The position numbers and the translations under genes are program-made. Below, one piece after another: positions 29,504-39,049 of a DNA stretch of 64,000 nucleotides. The DNA is from Candidatus Latescibacterota bacterium (GTDB lineage: Bacteria > Latescibacterota > UBA2968 > SICM01): the NCBI GenBank assembly GCA_965217865.1, contig CBDCJO010000001.1:192001-256000 (forward strand), written 5' to 3'. Numbering within the stretch: position 1 is the first letter of the stretch; the number at the start of each line of letters is the position of its first letter. The notes beneath the pieces are model-generated. The model was not told the DNA's origin. It made no database searches and saw nothing but the letters and a program-made list of their open reading frames with translations.

Positions 29504-30211
29504 ATGCCTTTTCCCTCCCTCTCACACAATTTGAATGAATTGCCCTACCCCACTCGGGAGAGGCGTGTGGATCTTGGCATCCTATCTATAAAACTGCTCT
29601 TGGTCGCCGACATGAACCAGATCAACCGGACAGGCCTGAACCTTGACGACCCGCCTTATTGGGCTGAGCTCTGGCCTTCAGCGGTGGGATTGGCCCGATC
29701 CTTGATCGAGCGCCAAGACCTTTCCGGTATGCGGGTGCTGGAGGTGGGATGCGGTCTGGGCCTGCCGGGTATCGCTGCTGCAAAGGCCGGTGCGTCGGTC
29801 CTTTTGACCGATGCGAATCCCGATGCGCTTGCATTCGCCCTGCTGAACGCTCAACGAAACGGCTGTCGAAACATTGCGACCCATCGGTTTAACTGGCGCT
29901 ACGCCTCCCTTGACGACTCCTTCGATATGATCATCGGATCGGAAGTCGTCTACGACATCGACGACTTCGAACCGATCTCTCGCCTGGTCGCGAAGAACCT
30001 CCACGATTCGGGTCGCGCGGTATTCGCCGAACCTCAGCGGGATATCGCCCGTGATTTTTTCGATGCCATGACGGCAAAGGGCTTCGTCCGGTTTCGATCT
30101 TTCCAACAGGTGGAGATGTGGGGCCAGTCACATCGGATCGGGATTGCAGATTTCGAACGAAAAGACTGCACAAAATCCGAAAAACCGAAATCCTTCGCGG
30201 AGCTGCCCTGA
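29504..30211 (+). CDS. Class I SAM-dependent methyltransferase (Methyltransf_16/METTL21-like)
   Basis: PYWAELWPSA, VLEVGCGLGLPG, FDMIIGSEVVY. Confidence 0.88.
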   Translation: MPFPSLSHNLNELPYPTRERRVDLGILSIKLLLVADMNQINRTGLNLDDPPYWAELWPSAVGLARSLIERQDLSGMRVLEVGCGLGLPGIAAAKAGASVLLTDANPDALAFALLNAQRNGCRNIATHRFNWRYASLDDSFDMIIGSEVVYDIDDFEPISRLVAKNLHDSGRAVFAEPQRDIARDFFDAMTAKGFVRFRSFQQVEMWGQSHRIGIADFERKDCTKSEKPKSFAELP

Positions 30212-30366
30212 GCGAACGAAGTGAGCCAAAGCCCCAGCCATGAGCGGAACGAAGTGGAGTCGGAGGAGGGCCCATGAATTAGGTTGATTTGAAATCGACC
30301 CAATATCACGTGACCTGAAAGCCATCCTGAGCGGAGGCCCCTTCAGGGGCCGAAGTCGAAGGATGG
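30206..30366. repeat. Three REP-like imperfect palindromic elements (CCTGAGCG...AGTCGAAGG type)
   Basis: Related copies at about 30206-30231, 30238-30266 and 30322-30366; the last has an internal GGCCCCTTCAGGGGCC hairpin. Confidence 0.6.
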
Positions 30367-30378
30367 TGATTTAAGGCG

Positions 30379-31599
30379 ATGAATTACACGCGCGAGAGGA
30401 GACGGCAAGTGCCCTACGCAAGGTTGAAAGACCACCTTCGTCAGGAGTTAAAGGAGATCGAGGAGGCAGGTCTATTCAAAGAGGAGCGAGAAATCACCTC
30501 CCCTCAGGGGGCGGCCGTTACGTCGTCATGTGGTGAAATGGTCAATTTCTGCGCCAACAACTATCTGGGTTTGGCCAACCATCCCGAAATACTCTCGGCC
30601 GCTTCCGAAGGCCTTATGGCGCACGGATTCGGGGTGGCCTCCGTTCGATTCATCTGCGGAACCCAGGACGTTCATCGTCAACTGGAGAACCGGATCTCAG
30701 AATTCCTCGGCACTGAGGAGACCATCCTCTACACCTCGTGCTTCGACGCGAACACCGGTCTGTTCGAGACAGTTCTGGGGCCTGAGGATGCCATCATCAG
30801 CGACGCGCTGAACCACGCCAGCATCATCGACGGCATCCGGCTCTGTAAAGCCACTCGTTACATATACCGCCATTCGGACATGGCCGTTCTGGAGGAGAAG
30901 TTGAAGACCTCCCGCTCGGAACGATTCCGGATGATCGCAACCGACGGTGTCTTCAGCATGCAGGGAGACCTTGCCCGGCTCTCGGACATCTGTGAACTCG
31001 CCGACAAATACGACGCCCTCGTGATGGTCGACGACTCCCATGCCACGGGCTTCTTCGGCCCCGGTGGACGGGGAACACCGGGGCACTTCGGTGTGACGGA
31101 TCGGATCGACGCGCTCACGAGTACGCTCGGCAAGGCCATGGGAGGTGCCTCCGGCGGATTCACAACGGGTCGCGCGGAGATCGTCGACCTCCTTCGCCAG
31201 CGTTCACGTCCCTATCTTTTCTCGAACGCGTTGGCGCCCCCGATCGTTTGTGGCGCCCTGCGGGGGCTCGAACTCGTCTCCGAGCATCCCGAGCTTCTCC
31301 AACGGCTTTTCGAAAACACCCGCCGTTTTCGGCGTGAATTGACGAAGATGGGCATGCCCATCCGGGAGGGGATCCATCCCATCGTACCGATTATGATCGG
31401 TGACGAACCGCGGTGCGTGGAGATGGCACGGGCCTTGAACGCCCGCGGGATCCTGGTGGTTGGTTTCAGCTATCCCGTGGTCCCCAAAGGCGAAGCCCGC
31501 ATCCGCGTCCAGATCTCGGCCGCCCACACCCCCTCGCAGATCGATCATGCCGTCCAATCGTTCGCGGAGATCGGAAAAGACCTCGGCCTGATCGGATGA
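30379..31599 (+). CDS. kbl: Glycine C-acetyltransferase (2-amino-3-ketobutyrate CoA ligase); possible GTG start near 30409
   Basis: [61 protein letters not shown]. Confidence 0.95.
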   Translation: MNYTRERRRQVPYARLKDHLRQELKEIEEAGLFKEEREITSPQGAAVTSSCGEMVNFCANNYLGLANHPEILSAASEGLMAHGFGVASVRFICGTQDVHRQLENRISEFLGTEETILYTSCFDANTGLFETVLGPEDAIISDALNHASIIDGIRLCKATRYIYRHSDMAVLEEKLKTSRSERFRMIATDGVFSMQGDLARLSDICELADKYDALVMVDDSHATGFFGPGGRGTPGHFGVTDRIDALTSTLGKAMGGASGGFTTGRAEIVDLLRQRSRPYLFSNALAPPIVCGALRGLELVSEHPELLQRLFENTRRFRRELTKMGMPIREGIHPIVPIMIGDEPRCVEMARALNARGILVVGFSYPVVPKGEARIRVQISAAHTPSQIDHAVQSFAEIGKDLGLIG

Positions 31600-31649
31600 A
31601 CGGATCGGACAGGCGTGGTGAGACGCCATCCGGTCGATCGGAGAACAGA

Positions 31650-33182
31650 ATGCCTCGGATCGCGATAGGAGAAATCAAACAAGAGTCCAATTCCTTCTCC
31701 CCTGTCAACGGAGACTGGCCTCATTTTCGGGACGGGGGATACCTGCTCAGGGGACGAGAGATGATCGATCGGCTTCGAGGGACGGCTTGTGAGATAGGAG
31801 GTGCCTTGGAGATTTCGGACCGGAATCCGGGGTTTGAACTCGTTCCGCTTCTGGCCGCTCACGCAGGTGCCTCCGCAGGGCCGTTAAAACGCTCGGTTTT
31901 CGACGCGATGCTTTCCGAACTGCTCCATGGGCTTCACCACGCGCCTCCCCTGGACGGAGTCTACGTGTGCTTGCACGGGGCCACGATCGTGGAAGACCTC
32001 GAGGATGCGTGCGGAGAGGTCCTCCGTTCCGTCCGAAAGGAAATAGGACCGGATACACCCCTGGTCTCCACCTGCGACCTGCACGCCAACGTGACACCGC
32101 GGATGACAGACTCGGCCACTGCCATCGTGGGTTACCAGACCTCCCCCCACGTAGACCTGGACCGAGCCGGAAGACGCGCGATGGAGATCCTTCTCGGAAC
32201 CATCTCGGAAGGCCTACGGCCGACCGCCGCGCTCTGCCGTCTTCCGATGATCCTTCCCGGGGAAACCAGCGTGACGATCGAAGGACCCCTGGCCGAAGTG
32301 ATCCAGGAGATAAAGGCCGTGGAAACCGTTCCTGGAATCCTTTCGGCCTCCGCCTTCGCTGTTCAGCCGTGGCTCGACCTTTCCGACGTCGGTTGCAGCG
32401 TGCTCGTCGTGACGGATGGGGACGGCTCGCTTGCACGCTCTCAGGCCGAACGAATCGCGGACCTTTTTTGGCAACGACGGGACCGATTTCATGTGAGGTT
32501 GGCCCCTTTGTCGGACACGATCAGCCTCGCCTCTCGGGGGAACGGAGGGCCGTATGTCGTATCGGATGCCCCTGACGCTCCGTCGTCCGGAAGCACCGGA
32601 GATTCGACGGAGATCCTCAAGGCCCTGCTAGATTCGAGATTCGATCGAACCGCCCTCTTGAACGTTGTGGATCCGGTTGTGGTCGAACATGCGATCCAGG
32701 CGGGGATTGGAGCTACGATCAACGTCTCCGTGGGTGGGAAGCTTGCCCCTGATTTTTTCTCACCCGCACGTATATCCGGATATGTCCGGACGATCTCCGA
32801 CGGAAATTTTATCCACAAGGGGGCCGGCTACCGGGGGGTTGTGTTCCAGCGGGGCCGCACCGTCGTGCTGCAATCCGGGTCGATCTCCCTGATGGTCATG
32901 GAACGCCCTGTCATTCAGTGGGACCTTCAGTTCTATCGATCCCTTGGATTGGAACCCACCGATGCCCGGATGGTTGTGCTGAAATCCCCCCAAGGGTTTC
33001 GCGCGGAATACGGCCGTTTCGCCGAGGCGATTCTCTTTCCCGATGTCAGGGGGATCTGTAGCTCGCACCTGGCTTCGATGCCATGGAAACGGATCGGCCG
33101 GCCGATTTATCCGATGGACGAACCCCGTGACTGGCGGAGCCCTCCGATCGGATGCGTGCACATCCCGGAGGGAATCGCTTGA
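31650..33182 (+). CDS. M81 family metallopeptidase (MlrC-like)
   Basis: RIAIGEIKQESNSFSP, LHGA, DLHAN, PHVD, VLKS. Start reassigned to ATG 31650. Confidence 0.9.
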   Translation: MPRIAIGEIKQESNSFSPVNGDWPHFRDGGYLLRGREMIDRLRGTACEIGGALEISDRNPGFELVPLLAAHAGASAGPLKRSVFDAMLSELLHGLHHAPPLDGVYVCLHGATIVEDLEDACGEVLRSVRKEIGPDTPLVSTCDLHANVTPRMTDSATAIVGYQTSPHVDLDRAGRRAMEILLGTISEGLRPTAALCRLPMILPGETSVTIEGPLAEVIQEIKAVETVPGILSASAFAVQPWLDLSDVGCSVLVVTDGDGSLARSQAERIADLFWQRRDRFHVRLAPLSDTISLASRGNGGPYVVSDAPDAPSSGSTGDSTEILKALLDSRFDRTALLNVVDPVVVEHAIQAGIGATINVSVGGKLAPDFFSPARISGYVRTISDGNFIHKGAGYRGVVFQRGRTVVLQSGSISLMVMERPVIQWDLQFYRSLGLEPTDARMVVLKSPQGFRAEYGRFAEAILFPDVRGICSSHLASMPWKRIGRPIYPMDEPRDWRSPPIGCVHIPEGIA

Positions 33183-33258
33183 TACGCAGATGACTGGAAC
33201 CTTTCGGGGGTTCACTCGTCCGAATTAGACGCCTTTCAATCCGAAATCCAGGGTCCCA

Positions 33259-34041
33259 ATGGCCGAATCTCCAGATCTCTCAAGACTCCCAGGTTATATC
33301 ACCTATCTCAAACAGTGGCGACTTCCCCACCTCCGGATCGGATTTATCTGGTCCGCAACATCACACTTCTGTGCCTTTGCCATCCTGTTCGTCTGGTTGT
33401 CCTGGTCCGGAGAACCCGAAGTCCGGCAGATCAGACTACGGGAATGGGATTCCCCCCAAAAGCTCTTTCTGCACGATATCCCCGTAATCCTCGAAGGAGG
33501 GGGAGGTACAACCGACCTGGAAGCCCCCCCGGGCCCCGGGATCGGAGAGGTTGCCGTCGAGATCCCCCCACTGGCCATTCCGGTCCCCGTAGCTGACGAC
33601 TTGGTTGCCCCCGATGCCACCATCGTAACCCAGGACAATGCCGATCTTGCGGGGCTCATGCCCGATGAACACGCGGATACAACGGGTGGCGGCGGGGGCG
33701 GCGGGGGTGGCGGATCCGGAGGGGGTTTCGGAGGAGGGGTCGGGGGCGGCCTTGGAAAGGGATTCGGATCTTTTCAAACCCCGCCCCGGCCAGTGAAGAT
33801 CGTGATGCCAGGTTATCCGGAGTCGATGGGCAAAGAGGAAAAAAAGGTCCTTTTTTTAATCCTGGTGGATGAATCGGGGAATGTGATTGAGGATCGGATT
33901 ATCGAATCCTCCCGCTCTACGGTTTTGGACAGGATCGCTGAAGAGGCTGTACGGAAATCCCTGTTTATCCCTGCAAAACAGAATGGTCGTTTCATCAAGG
34001 CGTGGACCCGATATGAAGTGACGTTCGGTCGAAAGAATTAA
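33259..34041 (+). CDS. TonB family protein (TM anchor, Gly-rich linker, TonB_C)
   Basis: S-x3-H in the TM helix; YPES..., LVDESGNV, SS...LD..A..AV, FIPAKQNG. Confidence 0.82.
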   Translation: MAESPDLSRLPGYITYLKQWRLPHLRIGFIWSATSHFCAFAILFVWLSWSGEPEVRQIRLREWDSPQKLFLHDIPVILEGGGGTTDLEAPPGPGIGEVAVEIPPLAIPVPVADDLVAPDATIVTQDNADLAGLMPDEHADTTGGGGGGGGGGSGGGFGGGVGGGLGKGFGSFQTPPRPVKIVMPGYPESMGKEEKKVLFLILVDESGNVIEDRIIESSRSTVLDRIAEEAVRKSLFIPAKQNGRFIKAWTRYEVTFGRKN

Positions 34042-34066
34042 GCCTGAGAAACATATTTAGGAAGAA

Positions 34067-34107
34067 CAAAAAAAAAGGGACGACCTTTACGGTCGCCCCT
34101 TTTTTTG
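34067..34107. terminator. Bidirectional intrinsic terminator
   Basis: A9-GGGACGACC-TTTAC-GGTCGCCCC-T7 between convergent genes. Confidence 0.85.
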
Positions 34108-34119
34108 GTGTAGCCTTAA

Positions 34120-34560
34120 TTATTTGATGTCCGCGTGAAAATCGTTCCAATCTTCAAGGGCATTCAGGTGGACCGCATCCAACACGGAACCGTCGTCTGT
34201 CCGACCTGCCGCTGAGAGAATGCTGGTGCGGGTTTCGTCCGCGTGGTTGTAGCCTCGGATCGCGGAATTTAAGGCCTCCACTTCGCCCTGATTGAGGCTG
34301 CCGCCTTTCTGATCGAGAATCCACTGTTCGAACTGCGGGTAGGTAGGAAACTCACTACGCAGGTAGGCCAGGGTGGCGTCCCGATCCAGCTTCAGGCCGT
34401 CGAGGACCATCTGATCAAATCCCATTCCGCAGATATCGTGGCCCTCCGGCAGTAGATCTCTCGCACCCATGAGAACTTTTAACCAGAGTCTCGGCAGGTG
34501 GCAAACCCCCAGGGGGCCCTGTACATCGGAACTGATCAATGGGACGATCGAATTAGCCAT
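34120..34560 (-). CDS. DUF5069-like protein
   Basis: VPLISS..GPLGVCHLPRLWLK, GFDQMVL, PTYPQFEQW; GGAGG RBS. Confidence 0.7.
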   Translation of the reverse strand: MANSIVPLISSDVQGPLGVCHLPRLWLKVLMGARDLLPEGHDICGMGFDQMVLDGLKLDRDATLAYLRSEFPTYPQFEQWILDQKGGSLNQGEVEALNSAIRGYNHADETRTSILSAAGRTDDGSVLDAVHLNALEDWNDFHADIK

Positions 34561-34615
34561 CTTTCACCTCCTTGGTAAAATGGACTCGGATTTTCCAGCT
34601 ATCAGAACGCAATTC

Positions 34616-34644
34616 AAAATATGCGGAGAGCGTTTCCGTGTCAA
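34616..34644 (-). promoter_or_regulatory. Sigma70-type promoter for the DUF5069-like gene
   Basis: TTGACA-N17-TATTTT on the minus strand. Confidence 0.6.
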
Positions 34645-34696
34645 GTCATTTAACTGAGAGAGAGTTACCGCTATCTGGTGCCCCTTCTGGTCCTAA

Positions 34697-35067
34697 TTAT
34701 CGATCTTTAAACGATTCCTCAAGATTCTTGTCGAGCACAAAAACGAGGATATGCTTTCCGGTTTTGGTGCTGAGGTCGGTCAGGAGACTCAAGACCCGGC
34801 AACCGGTGAGCTCCTTTATCCAAGTTTCAAGCATGTCCTTCGAGGTTTCCACCAGTCGAAGACGCATCTCCCGGATCAGGGAAGAGCCATTTGAATCTTT
34901 GGCCAGGTGACGTTCGGCGGGCATCAGCACACCCTGCAGACGCACCACGGCCATGTCCTGGACGATAACGGGCCCCGTCCGGAACCCCGTCCGATATGCT
35001 GCTTTTCGAACCGGATCAGAAGTTTGCTGATCTCGGCCTCCATCTGTCCCTTCGTCAGATTCTGCAC
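34697..35067 (-). pseudogene. DUF2294/MpsC-family protein, frameshifted near 34970
   Basis: GTG-QNLTKGQMEAEISKLLIRFEKQHIGRG in one frame; VIVQDMAVVRLQGVLMPAERHL...TDLSTKTG in another. Confidence 0.7.
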
Positions 35068-35082
35068 CGCACCGCGCTCCCA

Positions 35083-35502
35083 TCATGATTCCGGTTTCTC
35101 ATCTTCCAACTCAAACATGGCCACGATGCTCCCCGTCAGCGGGCTGATGGCTGTCTGCACGTCGAGAACCCGTCTATCCATCGCATCGGCTATAAGCTGT
35201 TCCACCGACGGTTCCGCCCCTCCCTTGAAAAGCATTGTCGTAAACCTCTCCACCAGATCCTGGCCCCGTTCAGTCAGGGCGAGATGTTTTTCAGGGGCCG
35301 GAAGCACCTCCTTGAGGTGGACGATGACCACATCACCCCTCACCATCACATTGACCGAAGAAGGTCGAATCCCCATTTCCTGCCGCTCGAACTGTTCGAC
35401 CAGGTCGCCGATGGCAGCTTGCAGGGTGCTATTTTCCTCAGGCATCACAAATTCAGGAGTCGGGTGGTCACGGATCGAATTTCCGCGGACAAAATCTTTC
35501 AC
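35083..35502 (-). CDS. DUF2294/MpsC-family protein
   Basis: FERQEMGIRP, VIVHLKEVLPAPEKHLA, ISPLTG. Confidence 0.72.
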   Translation of the reverse strand: MKDFVRGNSIRDHPTPEFVMPEENSTLQAAIGDLVEQFERQEMGIRPSSVNVMVRGDVVIVHLKEVLPAPEKHLALTERGQDLVERFTTMLFKGGAEPSVEQLIADAMDRRVLDVQTAISPLTGSIVAMFELEDEKPES

Positions 35503-35907
35503 TCACGGGTTATTTTTCAGAATCTGGTCCTTCTCGACGACAAAACCGACAAGCCGCTTCTTGCCCAGCTGTTTCAGGTAATGGAGCAGGGAGATTTCAG
35601 ACTCCTTCAAATTGAGCTTGTGCTGCTGACTCAACCTCCGGATCATCGTCTCTACCGTCGTCTGGCCATCGCACATATCCCAAACCCCCGAACCCACTTC
35701 GTCAAGGATCAGCTTTCTCCGTTCCGGAAGATGTAAAAATTTGGCCAGAAGATCGATTTTCCACGATTCCCGGGTTCGTACAATCGTGATGCAGACCTCG
35801 CCGTTTTCGTCCCGATCCCACGTGACCGCGTCATTCCGAGTGGGTTTTGAGGTAAGCATCGCTTCGCGACTGATCCGGGGACTGCGACGGGTGGCAAACC
35901 ACCTCAC
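35503..35907 (-). CDS. PqqD-family (RRE-like) protein
   Basis: LDEVGSGVWDMCDGQTTVETMI...YLKQLGKKRLVG; GTG after GAGGAGG. Confidence 0.8.
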   Translation of the reverse strand: MRWFATRRSPRISREAMLTSKPTRNDAVTWDRDENGEVCITIVRTRESWKIDLLAKFLHLPERRKLILDEVGSGVWDMCDGQTTVETMIRRLSQQHKLNLKESEISLLHYLKQLGKKRLVGFVVEKDQILKNNP

Positions 35908-36829
35908 GACAGACCTCCTCAAGAGGAGCGGCTTCCCCCTCACGTTTGTATACCGTCAAGGCGGCGAAGATCTTATTGGATTCGGGACAATGCCAAGCCC
36001 ACCCTTCCAGGAAAAATCGTTTCTTGGCATAGAGAAAGGGAAGCGGACTCAGGAATCCGCGCAACCTGCTCTTAGGCCTTCCCTCCAGGCGGATGCCGGG
36101 ATGCCTCTGACCCGAAAAGGGTTCGATATGAAAATCAAGGTCTCGAAGGAGTTTATCATAAAAATCTTCAAACCAGTCCTGAAGGGATCTCTCCCTCAAT
36201 AACACGCCGGCCATACTTAAACGGTCCACCTGGAGGGTGGTCTCACCGTCTAAGAACCTGAGCTGGATGTGGCCCGATCGAAGGGTGGAAGTGTCCAGAT
36301 CGAATCCCTGGGGGATATGGCACAAAAGATCGTAAAGCGCCCATATCCCAGGGACTTCTGGATCCTGGTCTTCCAGGGACAGCAGGATATCCCGGGCGAC
36401 CACAAGGATATCTTCTTTGAGTTTTCCGATGATTCTGATGAACGCCAACCTCTTCGACTTCCGAAACCGGCGGGCAAGGGCGTAGACACGAAAGTCCGTT
36501 TCCCAGAAGATGGTCTCCTGATCATCCCCTGAAAGCCGTCCCCGGGTACCCGGCATGGCAAATGGGCGGTGAACCTCCAGGGGTCCGGACTTTCGTTGAA
36601 TCTGTTTTTCAAGTTCCTCAACAAATCGATCCACCGTACTCGAGATGGCCACATCTTCCCGGTCCCCCCTCCATTCCAATTCCATCCGAACCATCTCCGT
36701 GTCGTCTAGACGAATGCTCCCGGAATGAAACCCACCCGTGATTCGCCCCGGATTCCATTCCGCGGGGATGCGCATCAGGAAACCCTGCCATCCGAGAGGC
36801 ACCCAGTCTGTATATCGAACCTTCTTCAT
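35831..36829 (-). CDS. Hypothetical protein with two internally similar halves
   Basis: Long ORF, probable ATG 36829; similar motifs LGWQGFLMRIPAEW and WALYDLLCHIPQGF. Confidence 0.65.
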   Translation of the reverse strand: MKKVRYTDWVPLGWQGFLMRIPAEWNPGRITGGFHSGSIRLDDTEMVRMELEWRGDREDVAISSTVDRFVEELEKQIQRKSGPLEVHRPFAMPGTRGRLSGDDQETIFWETDFRVYALARRFRKSKRLAFIRIIGKLKEDILVVARDILLSLEDQDPEVPGIWALYDLLCHIPQGFDLDTSTLRSGHIQLRFLDGETTLQVDRLSMAGVLLRERSLQDWFEDFYDKLLRDLDFHIEPFSGQRHPGIRLEGRPKSRLRGFLSPLPFLYAKKRFFLEGWAWHCPESNKIFAALTVYKREGEAAPLEEVCREVVCHPSQSPDQSRSDAYLKTHSE

Positions 36830-36902
36830 AGCACAAAGATACACCGGTAAACATCCGACCGTCAAGATTTTTCCTGAACTGCACGTCCGGGCAGATTGGG
36901 GC

Positions 36903-36931
36903 TTGACAAATGAACTCATGTGCAGTATATT
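36903..36931 (+). promoter_or_regulatory. lexA promoter with candidate SOS box
   Basis: TTGACA-N17-TATATT with TGAAC-TCAT-GTGCA in the spacer. Confidence 0.7.
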
Positions 36932-36966
36932 CAAATGGGCAGCGAACCATCCTCAAGGAGGTCACT

Positions 36967-37596
36967 ATGAGAAAGACGTTGACCGAAAGACAACGGTCGA
37001 TCTACGAATACATCGTGGATGTCATTCGCACTATGGGCTTTCCTCCCACGATCAGAGAGATGATGGGGGAGTTTAACATCGCCTCCACGAACGGCGTCCG
37101 TACGACATTGTCAGCCCTCGCTAAGAAGGGATATATTCGAAGGCGACCGATGCTCTCCCGTGGAATTGAGCTCACCGACTTCGTTGACCGCAGCATTCCT
37201 GACGCAACCAGGACCAGCCAGATCCCGATGGTGGGCAAGGTGGCGGCCGGAGAGCCGATTCTCGCTGTAGAGAACGTCACCGGAACGCTCGGGGTGGACA
37301 GGACTTTTTTGCCTACGGAGGGGGTTTTTGCGCTGGAAGTACAGGGAGAGAGTATGAAGAATGCGGGGATCTTTCACGGCGATTATGTCCTTGCGCGTCA
37401 GCAGGAACACGCGGATCCAGGGGATATCATCGTCGCGATCGTAGGCGATGAAGCCACTGTGAAACGATATTACCGGGATGGGAGCGGAGTCCGATTGATG
37501 CCTGAGAACGAATCTTTCGAACCACTCATGATCAACGGGGGGGACCCGGATTTCAGGATTTCAGGGAAGGTTGTCGGATTGATGCGTAAGTTTTAA
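36967..37596 (+). CDS. lexA: SOS repressor LexA
   Basis: LTERQ, PPTIRE, VAAGEP cleavage site, GESM, ATVKR; ATG after GGAGG. Confidence 0.96.
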   Translation: MRKTLTERQRSIYEYIVDVIRTMGFPPTIREMMGEFNIASTNGVRTTLSALAKKGYIRRRPMLSRGIELTDFVDRSIPDATRTSQIPMVGKVAAGEPILAVENVTGTLGVDRTFLPTEGVFALEVQGESMKNAGIFHGDYVLARQQEHADPGDIIVAIVGDEATVKRYYRDGSGVRLMPENESFEPLMINGGDPDFRISGKVVGLMRKF

Positions 37597-37619
37597 GCCG
37601 GACGGATCCGGGCTCTTCA

Positions 37620-38723
37620 TCAACCCCTGACGAACATCTTTCCGGGAAGTTGCTTAGCCAGTCCCGCCAGTTCCAACGATAGCAGAGTTCCAAGGGTTTT
37701 GCCCGGAGGGAAACCGATTACCGACGCGATTACATCCACGTGGGTGATCTCAGTGGAAAGCGCGGTCAGGACGGCAGTCTCATCCTGGGACAGCTCGCGG
37801 TGGAACGGTAACTCAGCCTGGAGGGGGGATGGCATTCCTCTGAGATTCCCCTGAAGCTCCTCAACGACATCCTGCACACCCTGGACCAGCTTCGCACCGT
37901 TTTTGATTAACCGGTTTGCACCCTGACTATTCTCTGAGTCGATCGGCCCGGGAACCGCGAACACCTCCCTTCCCTGTTCCAGGGCGTGCCGGGCGGTAAG
38001 AAGCGCTCCGCTTTTCACACTCGCTTCCACGATCAGAACCCCCAGACTCATACCGCTGATGATTCTATTCCGCTGGGGAAACAAATTCGCTTCCGGTTTT
38101 GTTCCCATCGGGAATTCGGACACGATCGCTCCGGATTGTGAAATGTCCTCGAAAAGCCACTGATTTTCCGATGGGTAGACCACGTCGGTCCCGCATCCCA
38201 GTACTGCCACGGTTCTTCCTCCCCGTTCGAGTGTGCGTTGATGTGCGATCGTGTCGATGCCTCTGGCAAGCCCGCTCACGATCGTAAATCCCAGTTCAGC
38301 AAGACCCGAAGTCAGCATCCGCGCAATCTTCTTCCCGTATTCGCTGGCTATCCTCGGCCCGACCACGCCCACACAAAAACCCTTCCACATCTCGTGGGAT
38401 CCCTTGATAAACAGAATCGGCGGTGGGGCGTGGATCTCCCTGAGCAGAGACGGATACCGGATGTCCTCCAACGTTATGATCGTGGTCTCTTCCCTTTCTG
38501 CTGCGTTTATTTGGGACGCCACCCAGCCCTCGTCCGTATTTTGTATGGCCAGTGCCGTTTCCCGGTCCATCCGTGGCAAGGCCATTAAGGCATCGAGCGA
38601 TGCGGAGAGGGCAGCACCCGGGTTCCCAAAATTCAGTAGCAACTCCCTGTAAAGGCCCGGCCCCACCCCCTGTACCGACAGGAGCCTCAGCCAAGGCTTC
38701 ACCTCTTCGATATCAATCTTCAT
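37620..38723 (-). CDS. dprA: DNA-processing protein DprA/Smf
   Basis: YPSLLREI..PP, VSGLARGIDT, FPQRNRIISG, SGALLTA, GREVFAVPG. Confidence 0.95.
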   Translation of the reverse strand: MKIDIEEVKPWLRLLSVQGVGPGLYRELLLNFGNPGAALSASLDALMALPRMDRETALAIQNTDEGWVASQINAAEREETTIITLEDIRYPSLLREIHAPPPILFIKGSHEMWKGFCVGVVGPRIASEYGKKIARMLTSGLAELGFTIVSGLARGIDTIAHQRTLERGGRTVAVLGCGTDVVYPSENQWLFEDISQSGAIVSEFPMGTKPEANLFPQRNRIISGMSLGVLIVEASVKSGALLTARHALEQGREVFAVPGPIDSENSQGANRLIKNGAKLVQGVQDVVEELQGNLRGMPSPLQAELPFHRELSQDETAVLTALSTEITHVDVIASVIGFPPGKTLGTLLSLELAGLAKQLPGKMFVRG

Positions 38724-38988
38724 TTCGATGGCCTCAACAGGCTAATCTCCCCGTCAGGGCTTGCCATGGTTGGGTTGTGAAAGATTTTTTCGCAGGGTGA
38801 TCAATATTTGCACGTGTGCACGGAAAGAGTTTCACTCCAGTGACACGATATGATCGGACTGATGCACGTGTTCAACGGGTTTGAAGATCGGAACCACGAA
38901 TCGCAGAGTTGGTCCCCGAACCAATAGGCAATTTGAATGCCAGGTACCGACGGGTTTGATCCGCGGTAAATCTTCGGGGTGTACAATC

Positions 38989-39021
38989 AAAAGCCGCAGC
39001 CGGTACTTCCAGCTGCGGCTC
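38989..39021 (-). terminator. Intrinsic terminator after rlmD
   Basis: AGCCGCAGC...GCTGCGGCT-TTT hairpin on the minus strand. Confidence 0.65.
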
Positions 39022-39049
39022 AATCGCTTCGGCATCAGTGCGATAGCCA

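Noticed and set aside
31413-31649. 79-aa N-terminal extension of the M81 peptidase in the ORF track
   Set aside because: Overlaps kbl; the family N-terminus starts at ATG 31650.
33680-33770. G-rich repeat
   Set aside because: It simply encodes the poly-Gly linker of the TonB protein.
30379-34041. kbl-M81 peptidase-tonB as a novel pathway
   Set aside because: Common families with no evident functional link beyond co-orientation.
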